This document shows, piece after piece, positions 12,564 through 24,970 of a stretch of 37,798 nucleotides of DNA. Source of the DNA: Octopus bimaculoides (lineage: Eukaryota); the NCBI RefSeq assembly GCF_001194135.2, contig NC_068983.1:113879777-113917574 (forward strand), in the 5' to 3' direction. The notes under the pieces are model-generated. The model saw nothing but the letters and a program-made list of their open reading frames with translations. It did no database searches and was not told the origin of the DNA. Made by a program: the position numbers and the translations under genes. How positions within the stretch are numbered: position 1 is the first letter of the stretch; each line of letters begins with the position of its first letter.

Positions 12564-13617
12564 TATGCAAGAGCTAAATCTCCACCTGGATAGAATACCA
12601 TATTGTTTCTAGATCTGATACCTGTTCCTAGTGAACTGTGACAACACAGAATAACATAATCTACTGAATGCAGTGATCATTAAAAAGACTCTTTCAGCAA
12701 ACTTAAATTTGCACTCTATTAACAGGTGGTAAATACTTTGTTCACTCTTCCACTTATTTCTAAATCATTGTCATTCTTGTCATCTTTTAATGTTTGTCAT
12801 GCTTGCTGGCATGAGTTGGATGATTTAGTAGGATCCAGGAGTCAGAGAACTGCATTGTGCTCTAATGCCTGTAGCACTTACATATAAGATAACACTTTAT
12901 TTACAGTAAAATGACAGTTGTGCAGTAAATATATCAGTCAGACTATTTAATATGTGATACGTTAGACATCTGAAGTACAATAAAATGTTTCAGGTGGAAA
13001 ATATTTGTTAATGACTAATATTATATTTGCACTTTTCCCCCATAAGTAAAAAAGACAACTTTGATCATGATTCTGTATTATACTGAACTCATTAGAGACG
13101 TTTAGCCACATACATACACACAAACATTGTAATAAACAATTCACTATGGAAATATAAAGATATGTATGTTTGTTGATAAAAAAACAATACAATTGTTCAG
13201 AAATTAAATAATCCAAGGACACACTCAGCATCATAAACAGCAGGTGAGTGACTGTTAGCATATTTAATGCATAATGCCTGGAACTGTAAAACTACTGAGG
13301 TACAATAATATATATGTGGCTGTGTGGTCAGAAGTTTGCTTTCCAACCAGAAATAGTTTACTAGAAATATGGAAAAATAATATTAGTTGTCATTAACCTT
13401 TTTTTTTTTTTCTTAATGTTTCCTATACACTATCATCAACCAAGTGGTGTTTCAAAATATCATTCTAGCATATCAGCAACCAAAATTTATCTCCCTTTAT
13501 ACAAAAGAACTAAATGGAGTCTAATGATTTTCCACGTCAGGTGCAGTCATCAACAAATAATCAGCACTTACTGAATTTAAAAGCATATCTCTCCACAATT
13601 TACTCACTGTATAGGTC

Positions 13618-13660
<43 letters not shown>

Positions 13661-13734
13661 NNNNNNNNNNATGGGCGATGTAATCGACTCATGCCCTCCA
13701 CCAAAACTGCTGCCCTTGTGGCAAAATTTGAAAC

Positions 13735-13771
<37 letters not shown>

Positions 13772-13773
<2 letters not shown>

Positions 13774-14207
13774 GGTGCTGACCTGACAGAATTGTTAGCA
13801 AGCCAGACAAAATGCTCCGTGGTATTTTGTCTGCCGCTACATTCTGAATTCAAATTCTACCAAGGTCAACTTTGCCTTTCGTCCTTTCAGGGTCGATAAA
13901 TTAAGTACCAGTGAAACACTGGGCTTGATGCAATCGACGCGACCCTCCTCCGAAATTTCAGGCCTTGTACCTTCAGTAGAAAGGATTATTATTATTACTA
14001 TTATCATTTCATGTTGGGCAATATGCTTAACAGCATTTTGTCCGTCCTTACATTCTAAGTTCAAATTCCACCAAGGTCAACTATGCCTTTCATCCTTGGG
14101 GTTGATGAAATAAGTACCCAAATGAGTACTAGTATCGATGTAATCAACTAATTTACTCCCACCAAATTTCAGGTCTTGTGCCTTTAATAGAAAGGATTAT
14201 TATCATT
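13772..14207 (+). mobile_element. Two tandem SINE family B copies bounded and separated by (TTA)n tracts
   Basis: Head aggtgctgacctgacagaattgttagc, B-box-like GAATTCAAATTC, tails agtagaaaggATTATTATT. The second copy starts near 14013. Confidence 0.8.
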
Positions 14208-14216
14208 GTTATATTA

Positions 14217-14440
14217 CCCTTCACTTTCAATGCTAGGACAAATGAGAATGCTGCAGTTTCTAAAATTCAAAACTTTAAAGTGACCATATTTAAATTGAAT
14301 TAAAACCTTGTATCAATATTTTACATAAGAACACCAAACCTAAAATTAATAGTGACGAAATCCCACCAAATTCTTATTTCCAAAATTAATCAAAACACAC
14401 GTAACAGTGTAATTCCATGGAAATGTACAATTCAAAAGGG
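14217..14440 (+). mobile_element. piggyBac-like MITE family 2
   Basis: Ends AAAAGGG|TTAA with left end TTA|CCCTT. A reverse-oriented homologue lies near 33320-33552. Confidence 0.55.
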
Positions 14441-14564
14441 TTAAGATACTGTACTACTGATACTAATGAAAAAAAAAAGCACGTTTAAACACTATTAGCA
14501 ATGGTAAACTTATTTTCTTAAGTCTTGGACAAACCTACCAAGCAATAGGTACCACTATAATGAT

Positions 14565-14616
<52 letters not shown>

Positions 14617-14912
14617 GAGCGTGGTTGTTGCCAGTGCCGCTGGACAGGCTCCCATGCAGGTGGCATGTAAAAATCACCTTTTGAGTGTGGTCGATGCCAG
14701 TATGCCTGACTGACCCTTGTGCCGGTGGCACGTAAAAGCACCCACTACATCCTCGGAGTGGTTGGCGTTAGGAAGGGCATCCAGCTGTAAAAACTTTACC
14801 AGATTAGATTGGAGCCTGGTGCAGCCTTCTAGCTCACCAGCCCTCAGTCAAACCGTCCAACCCATGCCAGCATGGAAAGCGGACGTTAAACGATGATGAT
14901 GATGATGATGAT
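14617..14912 (+). mobile_element. RTE LINE 3' end with (GAT)n tail
   Basis: Same family as 2671-3033. Confidence 0.8.
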
Positions 14913-15169
14913 ATATATTTGAAAGTCTTTGTAAAAAATTACTTAATATAGTTTTTAGCATAAATGGATTTTTTTTTTAATTATTTTTAAAAAAAAGTTA
15001 TAAAATCTTTTATCAGGATGTGACTAACCTATTTTAGAAGAAATTGTTTTCCTATTGTATAAGCAGCTTCGGTTAACCTTTTCAAACACACATGCTCTTA
15101 GTTAGTGTATGAAAGAGGAATATATGTATTTTCACACCCTGTTAGGAGGCACAAGCACTTACACTCATG

Positions 15170-15305
15170 ACGATAGCTTCTGCCTACCAAAATCAATCAG
15201 AAGGCTTCGGTTGGACCAAGACTATAGCAGAAGACACTTGCTCAAGATGCCACACAGTGGGACTGAACACAAAACCATGTGGCTGGAAGGCAAGCTTCCT
15301 AATCA
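15170..15305 (-). mobile_element. SINE family C, 5' portion
   Basis: Reverse-complement match to 21233-21350. Confidence 0.65.
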
Positions 15306-15328
15306 TATATGTATGTATATATATATGT

Positions 15329-15380
<52 letters not shown>

Positions 15381-15382
<2 letters not shown>

Positions 15383-16510
15383 TGGATCAGGTAATGAAGG
15401 TCACAGAGAGGGTCATAACCAAACTAATTAGGGAGAGAGTCAGTTCAGTTTAGATGAGATGCAGTTTAGGTTCGTGCCAGGGAAAAGCACCACTGATGCT
15501 ATATTTCTGTCAAGACAGCTACAGGAGAAATACCTAGCCAAAGATAAACCTCTGTACCTGGCTTTCGTTGACATGGAGAAAGCCTTTGACAGGGTCTCCT
15601 GATCCTTTATCTGGTGGTCAATGAGGAAACTAGGGATAGAAGAATGGTTAGTGAGAGCTGTGCGAGCCATGTACAGGGACGCTGTCAGTAAGGTGAGTGA
15701 TGGCGACAAGTACAGTAACGAATTCTGGGTAGAGGTAGCGGTCCACCAAGGTTCAGTCCTCAGCCCCCTCCTATTTATCATAGTCCTCCAGGCAATAACA
15801 CAGGAATTCAAGACAGGATACCTCTGGGAGCTCCTCTATGATGATGACCTTGCTCTAATTGCCGAGTCACTATCAGAACTAGAGAAGTTTCAGGTGTGGA
15901 AGCAAGGATTAGAATCGAAGGGCTTTAGAGTCAACCTAGCTAAAACCAAAGTCCTAATAAGTAGAAAGGCAGACAAACCACAAATCCCTTCAAGTAGATG
16001 GCCCTGCTAGATCTGTAGAAAAGGCGTAGGTAGAAACTCTATAAGATGTACCCAGTGCAAGCTATGGACACATAAGAGGTGCAGCAATATCAAAGGAAGG
16101 CTAACTTGGAAGATAGTTTTTGTATGTGCCAGATGCTCAGGGGCAATAAACACTGAAAATGTGCAGAGAACAACTTCTGCCATATTCCAGGGAGAAAAAC
16201 TAGAAGTAGTTGATAGCTTCTGTTACCTAGGTGACCAAGTTAGTAGCAAGGGTGGGTGCTCTGAAAGTGTAGCTGCTAGAATAAGAATAGCCTGGGCAAA
16301 GTTCAGAGAGCTCCTACCTCAGCTGGTGACAAAGGGCCTCTTGCTCAGAGTAAAAGGCAGACTGTATGACACATGTGTATGAACAGCCATGACTGCTGAG
16401 GACATGCATAAGCTTGCAAGGAATGAAGCCAGTATGTTCTGCTGAATGTGTAATATCAGTGTGCATACTCAACAGAGTATAAGTGCCTTGAGAGAAAAGG
16501 TGGACCTTAG
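15381..16510 (+). mobile_element. RTE LINE internal fragment: degenerate reverse transcriptase with embedded PHD-type finger
   Basis: QFRFVPGKSTTDAIF, LAFVDMEKAFDRV, VHQGSVLSPLLF, LLYDDDLAL (YADD mutated, 15837-15848), VNLAKTKV, C4HC3 finger at 16005-16136, VDSFCYLGD. Carries stops and a frameshift. Confidence 0.93.
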
Positions 16511-16867
16511 GTTTAATCTTAGAGCAGCTATGATTATGCAGATCTAAAAGCACTTTAGCAATGACCATCGTGTGTGATGTTATATAATAAGCAGGTCACG
16601 CAACCCTCTAGTAACTCTAACTCGCATTGGTTTGCGGTAAGGTAAGGATTGTCTCCCTTAGTAATTCATTACTATTACTGCGGTACTTTCTAACTTTTGT
16701 TTTGTTAATGGCAGCACTTCTCTTAAAGTGAACGTTTTCCTGATCCAGAAATTCCTTTAATTGGTTGGCAGAAAAGCATTCTTGTACATAAAGATTATCA
16801 AACAAACTAATCAAATAAAAGAAAATTAAAGATTCTAAAAGATACAAGACATCTAGTCAGAACTTAC

Positions 16868-16994
16868 CTCAAGAAGTTTCATCAGTGGAACAGGATTAAA
16901 AAAATGCAACCCACCAAAACGATCCTGTCTTTTAGTTGCAGAAGAAATATCTTTGATAGGAAGAGAAGATGTATTACTGGTAAATATCACATTC
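16868..16994 (-). CDS. HADH: HADH exon 4 (catalytic His/Glu)
   Basis: ctcttgcag|G...GAG|gtaagt, 127 nt. Translates [42 protein letters not shown], with SNTSS and GLHFFNPV motifs. Confidence 0.97.
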
Positions 16995-17642
16995 CTGCAA
17001 GAGATATGTAAATTGCCATCTTGATGTTGTTCATAAGAAACTATACAGTAAATATGTATATCTGAACATGAAGAAATTCAGACATTTAAATCCTTAGGTA
17101 CAGTTAATTTCTTATACAAGACACACCTAAAATTAAACATTACACAGGATATTTGAATCTAAACATTATGTATGTCTTTTTATTCAACAGTATCTTAATT
17201 GGACATGAGCAATGTTGTCTCTTCAGTTATACTGATACAAAAAAGTTCATGATCATAGTGAGAAGTTTTCTATTATAGTGCTTAATTCCCAAACTTTGTG
17301 ACACAACCCAGGTTTTCTTATTAAACTTTTCATGAGAACAACATCCTGCTAAAATTCTCTCACCTTGACCTTGATTTCTCCTCACAAACATTAATCTGCA
17401 ACCATTCAAATGAAATAACTATCTCCATCTCCCAATTTAAAAGTAGCTATAAAAAGCCCTTTTTCTACAGACTAACAGATAAAAGGAAAATTTCTGAACT
17501 ACACTGAATGATATGATAATTATATCTACTATGTATACAATCATTAAGCTTATATTGCTAGTCACACTTTTGATAACCCAAAGGTCAAGTTACTTAACAT
17601 ATTACCTACAGTTGTTTTTAACACATTGTTTGAACATTCTGA

Positions 17643-18845
17643 TAAAATCATCATCATCATTGTTTAACGTTCGCTTTCCATGCTGGCATGGGTTGGACGG
17701 TTTGACTGAGGACTGGCGAGACAGAAGACTGCACCAGACTCCAATCTGATCTAGCAAAGTTTCTACAGCTGGATGCCCTTCCTAATTCCAATCACTCCAA
17801 AAGTGTAGTGGATGCTTTTACGTGCCACTGGCACAAAGGCCAGTCAGGCAGTACTGGCAACAACCATGCTCAAAAGGTGTTTTTTACATGCCACCGGCAT
17901 GGGAGCCAGTCCGGCAGCACTGGCAATGATCATGCTCAAATGTTGTTTTTCATGTGCCAGTAAGGTGACACTGGCAACAATCACACTCAAATGGTACTTT
18001 TTACGTGCCACCAGCATGGGAGCCAGTCAGCGGCCCTGGCAACGATCACGCTCAGATGGTGTTTTTAACGTTCTACTGGCATGAGTGCCAATCAGGCAGT
18101 ACATTCATCAGCCATATCAGCGATTTTGATTTCACTTGCCTCAACAGATCTTGGCAAGCAAAGTTTATTGTCCAATGAATGAAGGATACTCATAGTGGGC
18201 TGGTTATATACCACTGGCATAGGCCACAGGTTATGGTCTCACTTGGCTTGTCGGGTCTTCTCAAGCACAGTATATCTCCAAAGGTCTTGGTCACTAGTCA
18301 TTGCCTTGGTGAGGCCTAATGTTCAAAAGCCATGCTTCACCACCTCATCCCAGGTCTTTCTGGGTCCACCTCTTCCACAGGTTCCCTCAACTGCTAGGAT
18401 GTGAAACTTTGTCACACAGCTATCCTCATCCATTCACATCACATGACCATACCAGCGCAGTTGTCTCTCTTGCACACCACATCTGATGCTTCTAAAGTCC
18501 AACTTTTCTCTCAGGGCGCTTACACTCTGTTGTGTATGCACACTGACATTAGACATCCAGAAGAGCATACTGGCTTCATTCCTTGCAAGCTTACGCATGT
18601 CCTCAGCAGTCACGACCCATGTTTCACTGCCATGTAGCATGGCTGTTCGTACACATGCGTCATACAGTTTACCTTTTACTCTGAGTGAGAGGCCTTTTGT
18701 CACCAGCAGAGGTAGGAGCTCTCTGAACTTTGCCCAGGCTATTCTTATTCTAGCAGCTACACTTTCAGAGCATCCACCCCCGCTCCTGACTTGGTCACCT
18801 AGGTAACGGAAGCTATCAACTACTTGCAGCTTTTCTCCCTAGAAT
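17643..18845 (-). mobile_element. 5'-truncated RTE LINE (RT thumb/C-terminus, repeat-rich 3' UTR, (GAT)n tail)
   Basis: KLYDACVRTAMLHGSETWVVTAEDMRKLARNEASML...RQLRWYGHVM; tail tcatcatcatcat at 17643-17660. Confidence 0.92.
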
Positions 18846-19579
18846 GTGACAGAAGCTGTTCTTTTTAATTAGTAAATTTGTAAACACAAGTGAAGTCTTA
18901 CCCATTAAGCATTTAAGCGATCCCAAAAAATAGTATCTGACAACATACATACTACTATGACCCTTTTTAATAGTTGTGGATAACTAATTATCATCAGAGA
19001 TTTAGTAATTCATTGTGTAGCCATTGTGCTGTACTCTTGGGCAAGGTACATAACTTTGTTTTCCTCAGCTTGTACAGCTGACAACAGGTTTAGAGAAGGG
19101 AAATATTTCAGTTCATATCAGACTATCGTCAGGAGGGTACAGTGTGAAGTTTCCTTTCCTTGTCTCTTCTACTATTGTTATAAAGCTTCTGAACTACTAA
19201 GTTATATCCACCCTTCACTCTGGACCTGGATTGTCGCAACACAATTATTGCCCTAGAACTCTTACTTGCTTAATTAACATGTATGCCACTTCATACAGAG
19301 GTGAGCTAGAAAGAACTGCTAAGTGAGATATAGTGAGAGTGAAAATCTTCCAGAGCAACGATGTACTAAGGTACTAGTTTTATACCTTAACATGGTATTG
19401 CTCTGGAACACCTACCATTCTCACTGTTTCACTTTGCTGTTTTTTCCTTGCCCATACTTTTCTGCAAGTATTCACCGATAGACCTAACTGAACATCAACT
19501 GCACCAATCTCACCAGCCTATGAGAGCATGCAAAGGTCATGATTACAAGCATTTATTCTCTGACTAACATATATGTGTA

Positions 19580-19790
19580 TGTGCATGTTGTGTTTTGTCC
19601 CCCACTACAACTTGACAACTGGTGTTGGTTTGTTTATGTCACCTTAACTCAGCTGTTCAGTGAAAGAGACCTATAGAATAAGTACCAAACTTAGTAAGTA
19701 CTGTTATCAATTTGTTCAACTAAAACTTTCAAGGCGGTGCCCCAGCATGGTTGCAGCCCAATGACTGAAACAAGTAAAAGAAAGATAAGA
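19580..19790 (+). mobile_element. SINE family C, degenerate 3' portion
   Basis: cttgacaactggtgttggtttgtttatgtc...cagcatggttgcagcccaatgactgaaacaagtaaaag matches the family C tail. Confidence 0.65.
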
Positions 19791-19942
19791 TACATATATA
19801 TAAATCTGTATAAGAACAGATTTTACTTGAACCTTCATGGTTAGGAGCTTCACAGCAATATAAAACTAATTTGAGAAAAATGGATGTAAAGAAATCAAAA
19901 AAGAATAAAAATGAAAGTAAAAAAAACTGAAACACAACTTAC

Positions 19943-20100
19943 TGTGGTGCTGCTGCATCGAGATCTGCAAACAGTTTCTGTTTGATGCCAAGATTTTCTA
20001 CAATAGCTTCAATAACAAGATCGGTATCTTTCATAACAGGAATAGGATTTGTGTTAGTGCTGATACGAGACATGGTGTCTGATATAAACTTCTTGCCAGC
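19943..20100 (-). CDS. HADH: HADH exon 3
   Basis: ttttgcag|GCT...CA|gtaagt, 158 nt. Translates AGKKFISDTMSRISTNTNPIPVMKDTDLVIEAIVENLGIKQKLFADLDAAAP(Q), with the DLVIEAIVEN motif. Confidence 0.96.
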
Positions 20101-20479
20101 CTGCAAAAGATTTGTTTTGTTTATTTTAATTACCTTCTCTTATTGATTTATGAAAAATCTTTTCCATTAATAATTTTTTTTTTTTATCAATTTATAAAAA
20201 TTTATAAATTGATAAAATATAAGAGTCAAATAATTATGTTGTCGTCGTCGTCATATAGGTAAATGATAGGATTGCTTCAATATTACAGGGGTAGTCTGAA
20301 GTATCTAAGCAACCAGGGGCTAGTTAAATCCGAAGGCACTCCTGGAAATTACTTGTGTGGGTACTGTCTTCGTTAGAAGGTATCCAGAGGCAGGTAATTT
20401 ATTGTTTAAACCGCAGTTTATAATTATATATATATATATATATTCAGTTATGAATTAGAAGCAGTGCTAGTGTCATAAA

Positions 20480-20745
20480 ATATTATTGACCACACACAAT
20501 GTATTTGTTCTGCTTGTTCACTGGCATGCTGCAATTTCGCACAGTGGGGATGACACCCTCAGAGAACCAGGTATTAAAACACCTGAAAGTCATAGAATGG
20601 GATAAGGGCAAGTTGTCTTGTCTGTCCATGACTTCCAAGCGTTTTAACACCCAGCCCTTTGAGGGAGTCATCCCCACCGCACTAAACTGCAGCATGCTGG
20701 CGAACAAGCGAAAGACATATGTTGAGTATGTGCAGTCAATAATAT
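20480..20745. repeat. Long imperfect hairpin (MITE-like palindrome)
   Basis: atattattgac ... gtcaataatat termini. About 115-nt arms (ctggcatgctgca / tgcagcatgctgg; gtggggatgac / gtcatccccac) around a short loop. Confidence 0.8.
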
Positions 20746-21232
20746 ATATATGAGGGAGAATCAAAAATTATACAGAAAAGCAAGAGATAAACAAGTATGT
20801 CATTTTGCTATATAGTCTCCTTCCTTTTCGATACACTTGGTCCAGAGGAATCAACATAAGCTTAAATAATAAACTGCAGTATGGCAAGGGATTACTGTAT
20901 TCAAGTTATAAGTGGTTGGTCAAAGCTGACTCAGATAAGCAAACCTTCATTATTACTGCTATTGTTTTGGTTTCCATATACATTATCAGCATCATTGCCA
21001 TCATTATCATTGTCATGGTCACCATCAGCATCATCATCAATGACAATTAAATACTATGTACAATCTATGATATTCCAGTTGTCATGATTTCCAAATATCA
21101 CAAGAGGACTGAGATGAATCGAAGTAAAATGATATCAAAATTAAAAAAGTACACAATACTTCCTAGGTGTTGAAACTTAACGAAATGATGAAATCAACCA
21201 ACCAACTAATTAAGCAAATATAATAAACAGGT

Positions 21233-21637
21233 GCAGGAGTAGCTGTGTGGTAAGTAGCTTGCTTACCAATCACATGGTTCCGGGTTCAGTCCCACTGCGT
21301 GGCACCTTAGGCAAGTGTCTTCTACTATAGCCTTGGGTCGACCAAAGTCTTGTGAGTGGATATGGTAGACGGAAACTGAAAGAAGCCCGTCATATATATG
21401 AATATGTATATATATGTATGTGTGTGTTTTTGTGTCTGTGTTTGTCCCCGCAACATCGCTTGACAACCGATGCTGGTATGTTTACGTCCCCATAACTTAG
21501 TGGTTCGGCAAAAAGAGACCGATAGAATAAGTACTAGGCTTACAAAGAATAAGTCCTGGGGTTGATTTGCTCGACTAAAGGCGATGCTCTAGCATGGCCG
21601 CAGTCAAATGACTGAAACAAGTAAAAGAGTAAAGAGA
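21233..21637 (+). mobile_element. SINE family C, full length
   Basis: tRNA-like head (agctgtgtggtaag; GGTTCAGTCCC), internal (TA/TG) microsatellite, tail gaaacaagtaaaagagtaaag. Confidence 0.85.
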
Positions 21638-21661
21638 GATAACTATTACAGCTCTTCTAAC

Positions 21662-21720
21662 CTCAGGGTCATCAGAAAACTTTTTCTTTGCCACTCTAGC
21701 CAAGCTCTTTTCGATACCAG
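21662..21720 (-). CDS. HADH: HADH exon 2, 3' part (5' part lost in gap 21721-22430)
   Basis: Translates ...GIEKSLARVAKKKFSDDPE then GAG|gttaga donor, matching human GIEESLRKVAKKKFAENPK. Runs directly into Ns. Confidence 0.9.
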
Positions 21721-22430
21721 NNNNNNNNNNNNNNNNNNNNNNNNNNNNNNNNNNNNNNNNNNNNNNNNNNNNNNNNNNNNNNNNNNNNNNNNNNNNNNNN
21801 NNNNNNNNNNNNNNNNNNNNNNNNNNNNNNNNNNNNNNNNNNNNNNNNNNNNNNNNNNNNNNNNNNNNNNNNNNNNNNNNNNNNNNNNNNNNNNNNNNNN
21901 NNNNNNNNNNNNNNNNNNNNNNNNNNNNNNNNNNNNNNNNNNNNNNNNNNNNNNNNNNNNNNNNNNNNNNNNNNNNNNNNNNNNNNNNNNNNNNNNNNNN
22001 NNNNNNNNNNNNNNNNNNNNNNNNNNNNNNNNNNNNNNNNNNNNNNNNNNNNNNNNNNNNNNNNNNNNNNNNNNNNNNNNNNNNNNNNNNNNNNNNNNNN
22101 NNNNNNNNNNNNNNNNNNNNNNNNNNNNNNNNNNNNNNNNNNNNNNNNNNNNNNNNNNNNNNNNNNNNNNNNNNNNNNNNNNNNNNNNNNNNNNNNNNNN
22201 NNNNNNNNNNNNNNNNNNNNNNNNNNNNNNNNNNNNNNNNNNNNNNNNNNNNNNNNNNNNNNNNNNNNNNNNNNNNNNNNNNNNNNNNNNNNNNNNNNNN
22301 NNNNNNNNNNNNNNNNNNNNNNNNNNNNNNNNNNNNNNNNNNNNNNNNNNNNNNNNNNNNNNNNNNNNNNNNNNNNNNNNNNNNNNNNNNNNNNNNNNNN
22401 NNNNNNNNNNNNNNNNNNNNNNNNNNNNNN

Positions 22431-22512
<82 letters not shown>

Positions 22513-23849
22513 GTTAGTGGTTGTTTGATATATTAGTCAGAGAGTGACCATTGGTTTCACACCTAGAAAGTATTGATGGTTACACTCTGACTGGCCATAA
22601 CAGACAACTTCTAAGTATTACTTCTCTAATATTTTAGAATGTGCTTCTTTTTGGGAAATATGAACTATTGACCAATTATATATATATTATATTATATTAT
22701 ATATATATATATATTGACATAGACAGACAGACAAACATATTTCTGTGACAAAGATTCATCTGGTTCTGATGCATCAGGGGTTTGAAGTCTGAGATCTGCT
22801 ACTCCCTGCAGATTCTTTGTGTTTTGTGGGAGGATATTGAAAAACTGTAGTTTTTTAGATCCTGAAATACTGCAATATCAAGTCCTAACTAGTGAAACAG
22901 AGGACACATATTTTGTGAGTATGTAATAGCATCCAGTTAGAAAATTTCTTTAGATTTCTATGACAAAGTTAGGAACTAGAAAGATCTTCCGATTATAAAT
23001 TACTGCATATCTTCCTCTTCTTTACTCCAAGAAACAGAATCTTAAACTCCTTAACTTTTAATAGTTTTGTTGCAGTATAGAGATAATCTTCTTAGTATAG
23101 GACTATTGGATTGACAACAGTTCCACAATTTACTCAAAATAATTAGATGGCCGTAGTTGGTAGCAATCATAGAGATGACTGGAAAGAAATATTTTCTACA
23201 GAACCATCAAGACTTCATTTTCTCAAATTCTAAATGCTCTGTTTTCTGCACATCAATGCCATCTTAGTTATACACACATTGATCAGTATTCAATACCAAC
23301 AGCAGGTCTCACAGTTTTTTTCTTTGTTTTTTTTTTTTCCTTGCTAAGTCTAGATGAAAAGACAATGTTTATGATCTTTGCTTGACCTTTTCAAGTCCTC
23401 TAAGACTGGTTAGCTTGATACTATTAATGTTCCATTTAAATTATTGCAGGTCAACACCAGCAGGAAAGACATGAACAGGGAGATTCCAGAATGCCGATAT
23501 TCTGAGGAGGAAAGACTGGACATGGTGGTTAGTGCAGGGTCAAAGCATTTGGATGCATCAAAGGTAAAAAAGGTAGAGAGATGGGTAGGTTGGGGTTGCT
23601 TGAGTGGTGGTGTGGTACAATGCCAACCAGTTTTGAGGAACAGACACTATTATGATAGTGATAAAAAAAAAAAACAACTTGTTTCTTTCAGTTTCCATCT
23701 ACCAAATCGACTCACAAGGCTTTGGTCATCCCAAGGCTATAGAAAACACTTAGTGAAGGTGTTATGTAGCAGAACTAAACACAAAATCATGTAAATGGGA
23801 AACAAATTTCTTAACTGCATAGCCATGGCTCGCACCTCTTAATTATGCC

Positions 23850-24147
23850 ACTAGACCGAGATATGTGGTACATTGTTGTACTCAAGACCCACCCACCACA
23901 ACAGAATCGATGGTGCCACACAAAATGCATTGTTGTGGGTATTGGTGCTATGTAAAAAGTACTGGTGATGGTGCCACATTAAAAGCACCCAGTACATTCT
24001 GTAAAGTGACTGGCATTAGGAAGGGTATCCAGCTGTAGAGACCAAACCAAAACAGACTATGAAACCTGGAATTGCCAGTTCTTGTCAAGCCATCTAACCC
24101 ATGCAAGGCATAGAAAATGGACGTTAAATGTTGGTGATGATGATGAT
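23850..24147 (+). mobile_element. Degenerate RTE LINE 3' end
   Basis: aaagcacccagtacattctgtaaagtgactggcattaggaagggtatccagctg...ggacgttaaatgttggtgatgatgat. Confidence 0.7.
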
Positions 24148-24714
24148 ATATATTTATATATCTTAGCTACAATTATATAAAATGCACCTCCTTCAGACAA
24201 GCACTAGTTTTATCGTTTCTCGTTTTTTTCTTCACATGAATTACATTGACTAATTCTCTTCTCTCACTTGTATTCAGGAATCAAAGTACAACATTCACAG
24301 GAAGCAGTTTTTATTTTATGTCGTTTTTTTAACTACAGACTGGTAGTGTGGGGTGTGTGAAGAAATTACTTTCTACTTCTTTTAAGTTTGTGTGATTGCT
24401 ATCAAACCTATGATAACACACCAATCCAAGTACTAAATTCATAATTTCTACAAAACCTACATCAGAATATTAAAAAATCCAACACTGTCAAACTATTATA
24501 AAATGCACTTTATATTTTTAGTGTTATTTTTTTAAAGTCATGCTCACTTTCTGGATTTACATTATGTTATCAAGGTGGTGGTATCTGGAAAGAATTAATA
24601 GGAAGTTATTGAACAAGATACTTTAAAAAATTCTGTCTATCGCAATGCAATAATAATGGGGTTCTTTTTATAAATTGTTACGACATAAGGCTCCAAGTTT
24701 ACAGAAGAGTAAAT

Positions 24715-24970
24715 ATGATAGAATCGATCCTAGTAAAGTACCAAGACTTAGCAGTGAATCATTTCTTCCAGCCTGTGGCATTTGAGACATTTGGAGGGGC
24801 AACACTGCAAACAATGAAGTTATTGTCATCATTGGTGGGTCGCCTTACTGAGGTGACAGGTGATGCCTGTGAGGGTGCTTGGCTGTTCCAATACCTAAGC
24901 TTTGTCATCGACCGCAACAATGCCACAAACATGTTGGTTTGCTTCAGTAGGTACCATTGAACCTTGTCAT
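24715..24970 (+). mobile_element. CRE-clade non-LTR retrotransposon 3' fragment (RLE C-terminus)
   Basis: KYQDLAVNHFFQPVAFETFGG...LVGRLTEVTGDACEGAWLFQYLSFVIDRNNA fits the CRE pattern KY...FxPxAxET.G...FQRLSxAIQRGNA. Confidence 0.75.

Noticed and set aside
20483-20764. Overlapping antiparallel ORFs with similar peptides
   Set aside because: A consequence of the palindrome, not evidence of coding.
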